DNA from: a bacterium
Lineage (GTDB): Bacteria > UBA8248
Length of the DNA stretch: 64,000 nt
Assembly: GCA_965202625.1 (NCBI GenBank)
Contig: CBDBBI010000010.1
Location: 1,024,001-1,088,000, forward strand
Direction of reading: 5' to 3'
Below are positions 50,136 to 59,203 of the stretch, piece after piece. The position numbers and the translations under genes are program-made. How positions within the stretch are numbered: position 1 is the first letter of the stretch; every line of letters begins with the position of its first letter. The notes below the pieces were generated by a model. That model did no database searches. It was not told where the DNA came from and saw only the letters and a program-made list of their open reading frames with translations.

Positions 50136-51110
50136 TCACGCGCACCTGGGCAAAACCTCCTCGGTGAACATTTTGAGGGAGTCGTCGAAGTCCTGAACGG
50201 GAGGGTCGATCATGATGCTCTTCACCCCATAGGATTCGATCTCCTGAATGCGCGCGACGCACTCCTCCGGCGTGCCCGTGATGGTGAAGCGATCCAGAAT
50301 GTAGTCGGTGATGAGGGGGACGTGCTTGGGGTCGCGCCAGTTGCGCACGTCGAAATTGTCCAGGAGGTTCTGAATTTCGGACTTGAATTCGTGCGGAACG
50401 GAATCAAGCGTCATGCGAAAATTATGGTGTGCGCGATTCGCCACCCGCGCCCGCACCTTTTCTCTCGCGCGGGTGCCGTCGCCGTCCACGGAAACGATCG
50501 CCCCAAAAATGACGTCCATCTCGCCGAGAGAGGCATCGCGGCGCACCAGCCCCTCGTTCAAATGCCCCAAAACCCATTCCACCGTCTCTTGATAGACGCC
50601 TGAGCCCACGATGACGCCGTCTGCGATCTCGCCGGACATGGCGAGCGTCCTGGGCCCCTCGGCGGACGTATAGATGGGGATTTCGCGCGCACACCACATT
50701 TTCACGTTGACGCCCTCGGCGTATTCCACCGTCTCGCCGCGCGTGAACGCCCGAACGTTCGCTATGGACTCCCGCATTCTGGCGAGCCGGGCCATCTTTT
50801 TCCCCAGCGTATAGACGGGCGTATCCCCCGAGCCTATGCCGAACATGACGCGCCCGCCGGACAGCTCATCCAGCGTGGCGACGGCACTCGCCGCCACGCT
50901 GTCGTCGTGGAGTACGGGGTTCGTCACGCCGGGGCCGATTTTCACCTTCTCGGTGTGCTCAATCGCCAAGGCGAGGGCGACGTTGTGATCCCGACAGGTG
51001 AGGTGGCTCTCCGCTATCCATACCTGCTCGAAGCCGTTGTCCTCGGCGTATTTCGCCCGCTCCGCCAAGAGCCGGATATCGTCGGGCACCAGATGAAGAC
51101 TAAAACGCAT
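50136..51110 (-). CDS. LLM class (Mer-like) oxidoreductase
   Basis: GPGVTNP, TLDELSGGR..GIGSGD, GEIADG. Confidence 0.88.
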   Translation of the reverse strand: MRFSLHLVPDDIRLLAERAKYAEDNGFEQVWIAESHLTCRDHNVALALAIEHTEKVKIGPGVTNPVLHDDSVAASAVATLDELSGGRVMFGIGSGDTPVYTLGKKMARLARMRESIANVRAFTRGETVEYAEGVNVKMWCAREIPIYTSAEGPRTLAMSGEIADGVIVGSGVYQETVEWVLGHLNEGLVRRDASLGEMDVIFGAIVSVDGDGTRAREKVRARVANRAHHNFRMTLDSVPHEFKSEIQNLLDNFDVRNWRDPKHVPLITDYILDRFTITGTPEECVARIQEIESYGVKSIMIDPPVQDFDDSLKMFTEEVLPRCA

Positions 51111-51645
51111 TCCCAACGCCTCCCCCATTGTCAGACAAGAGAAAAAACCTCAAAAGCGGCCCCCATGCGCTCCCACCGGCGCGGCCTCGCTCCCCTGCGC
51201 CCGACAGCGAGATACTCCCCGTGTTTGGTGCGCTTCAAAGCATTGCTCCCCATCGTTCGCATCGCACGCAGCACCGCCCGCGTTTTTGACGGCATCATCA
51301 AAGGCGATGCCCGGCATACCAGACGCGCGAACAGCCCGGCGCATCCGCCGGAAGGCTCCCCTCGCCCATCTCCTCCGGGCGATACAAGACGTGAAAGGAG
51401 GAAAATCCATTCGGCCATCCCTGGTTCCCGCGCGCTGAGGGCGGCGTTGACAGATTCCCTTTCGGCGTCCACAAGGACTCCGACGCCATGAGCGTGGAAA
51501 GGGGTTTTCAGAGCTCCCGCATACGGGTTTGAAAGTTATAATGCCGACATCATCGCAATCGCGTCAAGGTTGGAGCGTGAAGTTTGCAGATTTCCTTTGA
51601 GGACATATTCTCGATGCGGCATACGCGCATCTCGCCGAGGTTATC

Positions 51646-52404
51646 TTGAGTTCTTTCGCTTTCATCGCCGTCTTTTGCGCTGCGTTCATCGGCTCAGGCC
51701 TCAAAGCCGTCGGGGGATTTGGTTTCGCCACCCTGACGACGCCGGTCGTTGCCATCTTCTGGGACGTGCCCACGGCCATCGCCGTCATCTCCGTTCCCAC
51801 CCTTTGCACGAGCCTCATGAACGCCTGGCGCGTGCGCGAAGCCGTTCACGAGGGGCTCAGGTCTTTCGTCCCCTTTTTCATGATGAGCCTGGTGGGCCTG
51901 GCCGTTGGTCTGACGATTCTTCTCAACGCCGACCCGCATCTGATGAAATTCATCCTCGGCGCCTTCCTCATCTGCCAGCTCGTCTGGCAATGGACGCATC
52001 CGGAGAAATCAGCCCCCGAGGATTCCTTGACGCGCTCTCTGGGCATGGGCGCGATCGCCGGGTTGATGCTGGGCACGATCAACGTTCCCTCTCACGTCAT
52101 CGCGTCCTACCTCACGGGGATGAAAATCTCCAAGGAGCGGTATTTGTTCGTGCTGAGCGCGAGCCAGGTCGTGCTTCGCGTCGCGGCTATCGCCTCCATC
52201 GCGACCGCGGGCTTCATCGACTCCAGGGCGCTGTGGCTCATCCTCGTTCTGGCGACGCCTGTGCTGCTCGGATTTTTCGTGGGCACGAAAATATACAGCA
52301 TTTTCACGGACCAGCTGTTTTTCCGCATCATCACCATCGTTCTGTTCCTGATGGGCGTCGTGCTCGTCGTGATGAACGCGAAGGCGCTCGCCATCTTTCA
52401 TTGA
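51646..52404 (+). CDS. TauE/SafE family exporter
   Basis: GGFGFA motif and about 8 TM helices. Confidence 0.8.
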   Translation: MSSFAFIAVFCAAFIGSGLKAVGGFGFATLTTPVVAIFWDVPTAIAVISVPTLCTSLMNAWRVREAVHEGLRSFVPFFMMSLVGLAVGLTILLNADPHLMKFILGAFLICQLVWQWTHPEKSAPEDSLTRSLGMGAIAGLMLGTINVPSHVIASYLTGMKISKERYLFVLSASQVVLRVAAIASIATAGFIDSRALWLILVLATPVLLGFFVGTKIYSIFTDQLFFRIITIVLFLMGVVLVVMNAKALAIFH

Positions 52405-52542
52405 ACCGCCCGAGGCGAAGCAGGGGGTGCGTCGAATTGACGAGGGCGAATCATCCAGGGTATTTTTTGTATTCATCATTGACACTGGAAAAACCGAGAC
52501 ACTGAGGCATATCCATCGGGTATCTCAAGAGGATCGAACAAA

Positions 52543-53295
52543 ATGCCAGTGAAAGTAAGCATCAAAAACCTGCACATGGAATACTACCTCAAGGACAGGA
52601 AGGTTCATGCCCTCAAGGAAATCAACCTCGACATTCAGAATGGAGAGTTCGTCTGCGTCGTGGGGTTGTCCGGATGCGGAAAGACCACTCTGCTGAACAT
52701 TCTTGCCGGATTCCTGGAGCATACGGCCGGCTCCATTCTGCTTGACGGCAAACCCATCTCGAATGCGGGCCGCATGAACCGGGGCGTCGTGTTTCAGGAA
52801 TACGCGCTCTTCCCCTGGCGTACGGCTCTTCGGAACGTCGAATTCGGACTTGAGATGAAGGGACTGAGCAGGGAGGAGCGCACGAAAAAAGCCCAGGAAT
52901 ACCTCTCGCTCGTCCACCTGGAGAAGTTCACCCACCTGTATCCCCACAACCTCTCGGGCGGCATGAAGCAGCGCGTCGCCGTGGCGAGGGCATACGCCTA
53001 CGAACCCCAATTCATGCTGATGGACGAGCCCTTCGGCGCACTCGACGCGCAGACGAGGGAGAATCTCCAGTCCCTGACGGTCGAGGTCTGGGAGAAGACC
53101 CAAAAAACCATCTTCTACGTCACGCACAACCTCAGCGAAGCGGTTTATCTTGCGGACAGAATCATCGTCCTCGCCGGCCAGCCGGGGAAAATTCACAAAG
53201 AGATCAGGGTGGACCTCCCCCGGCCCAGAGACCCGTTCGACCCCAAGGTGGTGGACCTCGAACATCAGACGACCGAGGCGGTGCGCGGCAACTGA
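52543..53295 (+). CDS. ABC transporter ATP-binding protein (nitrate/sulfonate/taurine type)
   Basis: GLSGCGKT, LSGGMKQR, MDEPFGALD, LPRPR. Confidence 0.93.
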   Translation: MPVKVSIKNLHMEYYLKDRKVHALKEINLDIQNGEFVCVVGLSGCGKTTLLNILAGFLEHTAGSILLDGKPISNAGRMNRGVVFQEYALFPWRTALRNVEFGLEMKGLSREERTKKAQEYLSLVHLEKFTHLYPHNLSGGMKQRVAVARAYAYEPQFMLMDEPFGALDAQTRENLQSLTVEVWEKTQKTIFYVTHNLSEAVYLADRIIVLAGQPGKIHKEIRVDLPRPRDPFDPKVVDLEHQTTEAVRGN

Positions 53296-53577
53296 AGCCG
53301 TCTCATCTGGGATTTTTTCCGAATTTTCCGGTGCAACAGCACATGCAGATCCGGACGCGAGAGCGCAAACTCCCGCAAGGGGGGAAGCCTGTGCTTACAA
53401 GTTTGGATTATTGAAAATGGAATGGTGCGCTTTTGGATTCGATAAAATAGCCCAACCTTCCTATTTTATAAGCATAGAAGGAGGGACACGATGAACATGA
53501 GAGATTTGCAAGACTTTTCACGCCGAAAGCGGGGAGGGATTCGATGATTCGATTCGCCAGTTTATCGGGGCGGCCGC

Positions 53578-54524
53578 ATGAACCGCCTGTTTTATGGGGA
53601 CAATCTTCAGATTATGGGAGAATTGCCTCCAAATAGCGTTGACCTCATCTATTTAGACCCGCCATTCAACTCGAACAAAAACTACAACCTCATGTATCGG
53701 GACATGGTGGGCCGTCCCGTTTCGGAACAAATAGAGGCGTTCTGCGACACATGGGAAATGGACGCCGAGAAGGAAGAGATCGCCCGGAAAATGCCGGTCC
53801 CTTATGCGAGAACAAGGGATCGAGGATTACTACGTCGATTTCTGGCGGCTCTGGATCAAGGCTTTGCGGCACACCCAGCCGCGCCCTCGCCTATCTCTCC
53901 TACATGTCGGAACGGCTTGCCGAGGCGCGCCGCCTCCTCAAGCCCACAGGCTCCATCTACCTGCATTGCGACCCGACCATGAGCCATTATCTGAAGGCGG
54001 TGATGGATGACGTTTTCGGCGTCAAGAATTTTAGAAACGAGATTATTTGGAGCGGCATTCCGCACGACCTCTCCAGTGCGCGGAAGCTCGCGCAGGACAA
54101 ACCCTTCGACTTCGAGAAATGGGCGATTTGCCGAATCCCCGGGCTCGCGCCAAACGCCAGGCAGGTGGGCGACGGGGGAATCGACGGACGTGGCCTGCTT
54201 TTGAACGCGCCCGACGATCACGATTCCCGCCTGGTACTGGCACAAGTCAAGGGTGGAAAATTCCAGGCGAGCGGGTTGCGGGATTTTCTGGGCGTCATGG
54301 AAAGGGATCGCGCCGCCATGGGCGTATTCATCACCCTGAACAGCGCGACCTCTCCCCATGCGCACACCGAAGCGGGGCGAAAGGGAAGCATCCGCATGGG
54401 CGCGTCTCAATATCCGCGCGCGCAATTATGGTCGATAGACGATCATTTCAGAAAGAATCAGCCGCACATGCCGCCCCTCGCCGACCCTTACACGGGCAAG
54501 GAAATGCAGCAGCCCCTGTTTTGA
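53578..54524 (+). pseudogene. N6/N4 DNA methyltransferase with Mrr-like C-terminal domain, frameshifted and internally deleted
   Basis: LIYLDPPFNS, TGSIYLHCD, NEIIW joined directly to SGIPHD (no FxGxG), GIDG..QVK. Confidence 0.8.
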
Positions 54525-54543
54525 CAATACGAAGGGAGATGAC

Positions 54544-54810
54544 GTGATATGGTTCGCGGAATTTATCGATTCAAGCGGAAAGTTCGTCGCGTTCGGCGAT
54601 GATCCCGAAGAGATGCCCGTCCACAAGGAACAGCGGAACGGCGGCCTCTATCCGACGCCCATGACCTTCCCCTCGTGTCTGAAGTTTCTCTGGGGAGCGG
54701 ATGAGGTGGCGCTGCCCCGCAAGGTCACCGAGCAGGAAATCCTGAATCGCTTCGCCGATCCCGATCATGAAGAAGACTGGGAGCGCGAACTGCGGCGCCG
54801 AACGACCTGA
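54544..54810 (+). CDS. Small hypothetical protein (MTFPSCLKFL family, copy A)
   Basis: GGGAG RBS; similar to 56053-56253. Confidence 0.65.
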   Translation: MIWFAEFIDSSGKFVAFGDDPEEMPVHKEQRNGGLYPTPMTFPSCLKFLWGADEVALPRKVTEQEILNRFADPDHEEDWERELRRRTT

Positions 54811-55047
54811 CGTTCTCGCCAACGGGGACTTTCCCGATTCTTTGGCGCGCTATCTGACGCCGCATTCCCTTGCCCAGCGCTGGACGTTCCCAGATCGCCC
54901 TCCGTTGTCTGGCGCACTATCTGACGCCTCTGACGCCATCACCTCGCGCTGGCCATGCTTCGCGCCTGTCCGTTATTTCCTTGGGAAATTTTGTTGATTT
55001 GTCGCCAATCGGATAGCGTTGGATTCGCCGTTTTCGCGTTGACGCAA

Positions 55048-55351
55048 GGCGCGGTTCCGAAATCCAAGACCTTCTGATGCGAAAACGGCCGACTCCCCGG
55101 AGGGGAGCCGGCCGCCTTAAGCCGCTCTTATCGCCGCTGACCGCCCACTTCCTCCATCATGCCCCACTTGACGACGGTCACCCTCTCGAACTTCTCAAAA
55201 ATGAATTTCTCCATCACGAATCCCACCAAAGCGATGGCCGCGATTCCCACGAGCATGAAAGCCGTATCCAGATCTTCACGGCTGTCGAATATGGCGTATC
55301 CCAAGCCCCAATCACTCGCGGCCACCATCTCTCCGGCGATGCCCGCGCGCC
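55048..55351 (-). repeat. Direct copy of the ABC permease 3' end and terminator (56407-56711)
   Basis: About 304 bp with roughly 3 differences. Confidence 0.96.
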
Positions 55352-55507
55352 GAAGCGGGACAAAAGGGGAACATCCGCATGGGCGCGTCCCAATATCCGC
55401 GCGCGCAATTATGGTCGATAGACGATCATTTCAGAAAGAATCAGCCGCACATGCCGCCCCTCGCCGACCCTTACACGGGCAAGGAAATGCAGCAGCCTCT
55501 ATTTTGA
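55350..55507 (+). repeat. Direct copy of the methyltransferase 3' end (54367-54524)
   Basis: 158 bp, about 7 substitutions, similarity ends at the stop codon. Confidence 0.95.
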
Positions 55508-55729
55508 GCTGACGCGCTGGCGGGGCGCGGATGGCGGGACAACGCGCTGATGCGCGGGCTTTATTCGCACTTTTAATATGTGATACAAGCAAAGGGCTCC
55601 GGGTAGAGACCGGAGCCCTTTTGATTTGCCCGTTCGCTTGCTGACAAGGTCGCTCACGGGATATGACCGCTGCCCCCAACATATCCTTTGCAAAGCGAAC
55701 CTGTCAACTTCATGGGAGGGGTTCGCTTT

Positions 55730-55999
55730 ATGGACGAGAAGACGCTTCTTTGCCGCGTTTGCAAGATCGAGCCGAAACGCGTCGAAGAGGAAGGAAAGCC
55801 TGATCTGATACGTTGTCCCCGGTGCGGCGCATTCGGTAATTTTGATGAAGTCCTTGAAGCGGCTTCCAGGCATTTGACAGGCAGCATCATAAACGACGGG
55901 TTCAATCGCCGCGCGCGTAAATCCAGGAGATCGAAGGTTATGCGCTACGTCCTCGGCAATCGCAAAAATATCACTGCCCCCGCTTTCATCTTTCAATGA
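55730..55999 (+). CDS. Small zinc-ribbon protein
   Basis: CRVC and CPRC, GGGAGG RBS. Confidence 0.6.
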   Translation: MDEKTLLCRVCKIEPKRVEEEGKPDLIRCPRCGAFGNFDEVLEAASRHLTGSIINDGFNRRARKSRRSKVMRYVLGNRKNITAPAFIFQ

Positions 56000-56052
56000 T
56001 GATTCCTCCTTGACGCGCGCTAGACGATCTCCCGACCGAAGCGTTTCCTGAT

Positions 56053-56253
56053 CTATTTCGCCGTCGTCTTGGCGGCATCGGTGATGTCGTCCGCACCGTG
56101 CAGGAATTTGAGGCAGGAAGGGAACGTCATCTCCGTTCTGGAATAGTCGGGACCGCCGCCGACGCCCAGGCTGTAGACGGGCAGGACGTTCCTGTTTTCT
56201 CCAAACGCGATGAATTTATGGTCGCCGTCCGTGAATTGCACCAGATAGATCAT
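56053..56253 (-). CDS. Small hypothetical protein (MTFPSCLKFL family, copy B)
   Basis: KFIAFG..MTFPSCLKFLHGADD matches copy A. Confidence 0.6.
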   Translation of the reverse strand: MIYLVQFTDGDHKFIAFGENRNVLPVYSLGVGGGPDYSRTEMTFPSCLKFLHGADDITDAAKTTAK

Positions 56254-56440
56254 TCGTATTTCTCCAAAATGGACTTATTGAACACGTCGGCGGCGAAGTT
56301 GGCGTTTTCCGCGCGGGAAACGCCCGACGGATTCATGGCGATTTCGGAGACGAGGGAGAACTTGATGGGACTTAGGGGATCTGCACCAAAGCGTCGAGGG
56401 CCAGGGGGCGCAGTTCCGAAATCCAAGACCTTCTGATGCG

Positions 56441-56474
56441 AAAACGGCCGACTCCCCGGGAGGGGAGCCGGCCG
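56441..56474 (-). terminator. Rho-independent terminator of the permease
   Basis: CGGCCGGCTCCCC/GGGGAGTCGGCCG stem then TTTT on the minus strand. Confidence 0.75.
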
Positions 56475-56487
56475 CCTTAAGCCGCTC

Positions 56488-57357
56488 TTATCGCCGCTGA
56501 CCGCCCACTTCCTCCATCATGCCCCACTTGACGACGGTCACCCTCTCGAACTTCTCAAAAATGAATTTCTCCATCACAAATCCCACCAAAGCGATGGCCG
56601 CGATTCCCACGAGCATGAAAGCCGTATCCAGATCTTCACGGCTGTCGAATATGGCGTATCCCAAGCCCCAATCACTCGCGGCCACCATCTCTCCGGCGAT
56701 GCCCGCGCGCCAGGCGCGCGCCAGGCCGATGCGGACGCCTGAGAGAATGAACGGCAGCGAACCTGGGAAGATGACCTTCCAGAACAAGGTCATCCCCTCC
56801 GCGTTCATCGACTTCGCAGCCCGTATCCAGATCGGATTGATGGTTTTCACCCCCGTCCACGTGGAGGAGATGGCGGGCAGTGCCGCGGCGAACGCGGTGA
56901 TGAAAATCATGGTGGTATTGCCGAGGCCGAACCACAAAACGAGAATCGGGCTCCAGGCCAGTGCCGGTATGGGCAGAAGCATGCTCAGGATGGGGATCAT
57001 GAATTTCTCGAACCAACCGACGCGGCCCATGGCGATGCCGATGGCTATCCCCACGAAGCCGGCGATGATCATTCCCACCATAATCCGCCAGGCGGTGTGA
57101 TAGGAGTGCACGCAGAGAACGCAGGTGGTATCGCCGGACTTGAGGAAAGTGACTTCATAAAAACGGTGCAAAATGGGCAGTGCCCGCGGAAAGAGCGCGG
57201 GCTCGTTCACAATCCAGGCGATGGACTCCCAAATCACCAGCACCGCGATAAAACTGGGAATGTTGTCCCTGATCCACATCCACATTTTTTCCTGCGCGGT
57301 GTATTCCGTCGGCAGCCTGACGTCATCCCTTCTGATTTCATCCGTCGCGGTGGTCAT
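56488..57357 (-). CDS. ABC transporter permease (nitrate/sulfonate type)
   Basis: PIPALAWSP, RAAKSM, LPFILSGVRIG, GEM..GLGY. Confidence 0.92.
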   Translation of the reverse strand: MTTATDEIRRDDVRLPTEYTAQEKMWMWIRDNIPSFIAVLVIWESIAWIVNEPALFPRALPILHRFYEVTFLKSGDTTCVLCVHSYHTAWRIMVGMIIAGFVGIAIGIAMGRVGWFEKFMIPILSMLLPIPALAWSPILVLWFGLGNTTMIFITAFAAALPAISSTWTGVKTINPIWIRAAKSMNAEGMTLFWKVIFPGSLPFILSGVRIGLARAWRAGIAGEMVAASDWGLGYAIFDSREDLDTAFMLVGIAAIALVGFVMEKFIFEKFERVTVVKWGMMEEVGGQRR

Positions 57358-57639
57358 CGACCAGCCTCCTAGATCATGCGAAGAGCAAAGCGTTCAACGC
57401 ATCTTGCGTCATTCACCCATGCGAAAAACAGCGGCGTCATCCGCTTGGCTTTCGGCCCCGTTTCGAGAAGGAGTCATTCTTGCAAAAATGGCTTTTCAAG
57501 TCAAAATCCCCGCCCAAGACGCCGCCCTTCACCCATCATGAAACGGCGGGACAACGCATTTTCTCTCGCCGCCGCGCTCGTATGCGCGCTTCCCTCTCAT
57601 CGCCCGAACGTCAAGGCCATCGCCCCCTGCCGCATTCGA

Positions 57640-58086
57640 TCAATCTCTGCCTGATTCGGCACCCTCCTCGGCAATCGCTCGAAAGCGAGCGGCGACGCTC
57701 TCGCTCGCACCCTCGCCGATATACGCCCCATAGGAAGAATCATCATCGGCGACGCCCTCAATCTCCCAGGCCGTATCCTTCGCCACGATGAAAACGACGT
57801 CCTCATCATCCGCGGCCACCATGCTGTGGAGCGCATTCGCCGGTATGTGAATGATCCCCCCCGCCCCGACCGTCTTTCGCTCCCCGTCGATCATCGCCTT
57901 CAGACGACCCTGCTGAACGAGAATGAACTGCTCGTTCGCGTGCCGGTGCGGCCTGCTGCCCGTACCGGCGGGCTTGTTGATGATGCCGAATATGACGCGC
58001 TCGCCGTCGACCCACACGCCCTCGGAGGTGCTGTAGCTCCGCCCCGCCAGTTTTTGCTCCATCGTCTTGGGATCGTAAAAAGGCAT
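57640..58086 (-). CDS. Cupin domain protein
   Basis: PHRHANEQ, IHIPANALH. Confidence 0.85.
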   Translation of the reverse strand: MPFYDPKTMEQKLAGRSYSTSEGVWVDGERVIFGIINKPAGTGSRPHRHANEQFILVQQGRLKAMIDGERKTVGAGGIIHIPANALHSMVAADDEDVVFIVAKDTAWEIEGVADDDSSYGAYIGEGASESVAARFRAIAEEGAESGRD

Positions 58087-58168
58087 CGTATTCCCTCTCC
58101 CCCTTTGGTTGTGTGAAAGGCCCGGAAACGCGCCTGCGGTTTCGCACGCTTCATCCATTCATTATATT

Positions 58169-59203
58169 TCATATTTCTCGATATTCCGTGGCGAGGGCGA
58201 ACCCTTTGTTCCCCGCCTCTACCGGCCCGCTGCACCGGCTGAAAAAGAGCACCCCCTCGGCGGGACTCCGCAACTCCTCGACCACTTCAAGGCGAAAAGG
58301 GTCCAGCATCTCGCCCAGCAACTCCCCCTCGCTCACCCGCGCGCCAAGGTCGGAGAAACCTGTTTTTCGAGAGAGGAGATAGCCCCCTCCCGACGGATTG
58401 ACCTCGACGCGATGGGCGAAGTCAAAGCAGGTAATTCTCTCCCTTCGCTCCTCCCCCGAAACCATCTGGAGATGACGGAGGAGGTTCCAGAAGCCACCCT
58501 CCAGGCTTTCTCGATACAGGTTCTCCTCACACTCGGGCAGATAGACCCCGCCAATCTCAGCGCTGATGGCGGGCACGTTCTGCGTGAGGGCATAACCGGA
58601 GGGGCTCGACGCGTTCGAAGGCACGCCATGCACCATCCCCGCCCCCCCGCTGGCGAAGGCGATCGCCAGCGCGCGCGCGCGCGCTCCGAGCGGGCCCTCG
58701 ACGTTCGGGGCCACGTCGACGCGCCTTTGAATTCTCCCCGCCATTCCGCCAGAGTGGAATTCGACGAAATAATCCGCGTCGTCGAGCAGCGTTTCACGGA
58801 TTTTGGAGGCGAAGCGCTGCGTCAGCGTCCCCCTCGCAGAACCTGGAAACGCCCCCCAAAGATTCGTCTGCTCATGCTGATCCGGAGACTGGCGGGAGAA
58901 ACTGGCAAAAGCAAAAGGGTTCCCTACCGGAACGAGCAGCAAGGTGCCTCTGAAACGCTGGGGATCGATGCGCGTCAGGACATTTTGAAGCGCGCGAATC
59001 GGCTGCGGCTCATCCCCATGCACACACGCCAGAGCGGAGAGGGTGGGTCCTGGCTCCGCCCCCCTTACGCAGTGCAGGGGCAAAGCCGTCTCGGAGCCGG
59101 TGAGCATTCGCGCCACGGGAACCTTGGCGTATGCGCGCTCCCCCGGGGCGAACTTCATTCCGCCAAGTTCCAATACGTTCCACCTCGTTCCGCTCACCCT
59201 CAC
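58169..59203 (-). CDS. Succinylglutamate desuccinylase/aspartoacylase family
   Basis: HGDE, VPVGNP, FPG, EFHSGG, AEIGG. Confidence 0.85.
   Translation of the reverse strand: MRVSGTRWNVLELGGMKFAPGERAYAKVPVARMLTGSETALPLHCVRGAEPGPTLSALACVHGDEPQPIRALQNVLTRIDPQRFRGTLLLVPVGNPFAFASFSRQSPDQHEQTNLWGAFPGSARGTLTQRFASKIRETLLDDADYFVEFHSGGMAGRIQRRVDVAPNVEGPLGARARALAIAFASGGAGMVHGVPSNASSPSGYALTQNVPAISAEIGGVYLPECEENLYRESLEGGFWNLLRHLQMVSGEERRERITCFDFAHRVEVNPSGGGYLLSRKTGFSDLGARVSEGELLGEMLDPFRLEVVEELRSPAEGVLFFSRCSGPVEAGNKGFALATEYREI

Noticed and set aside
51131-51640. ncRNA or small ORFs in the 500-bp divergent gap
   Set aside because: Only short hairpins and low-complexity ORFs; nothing I can support.
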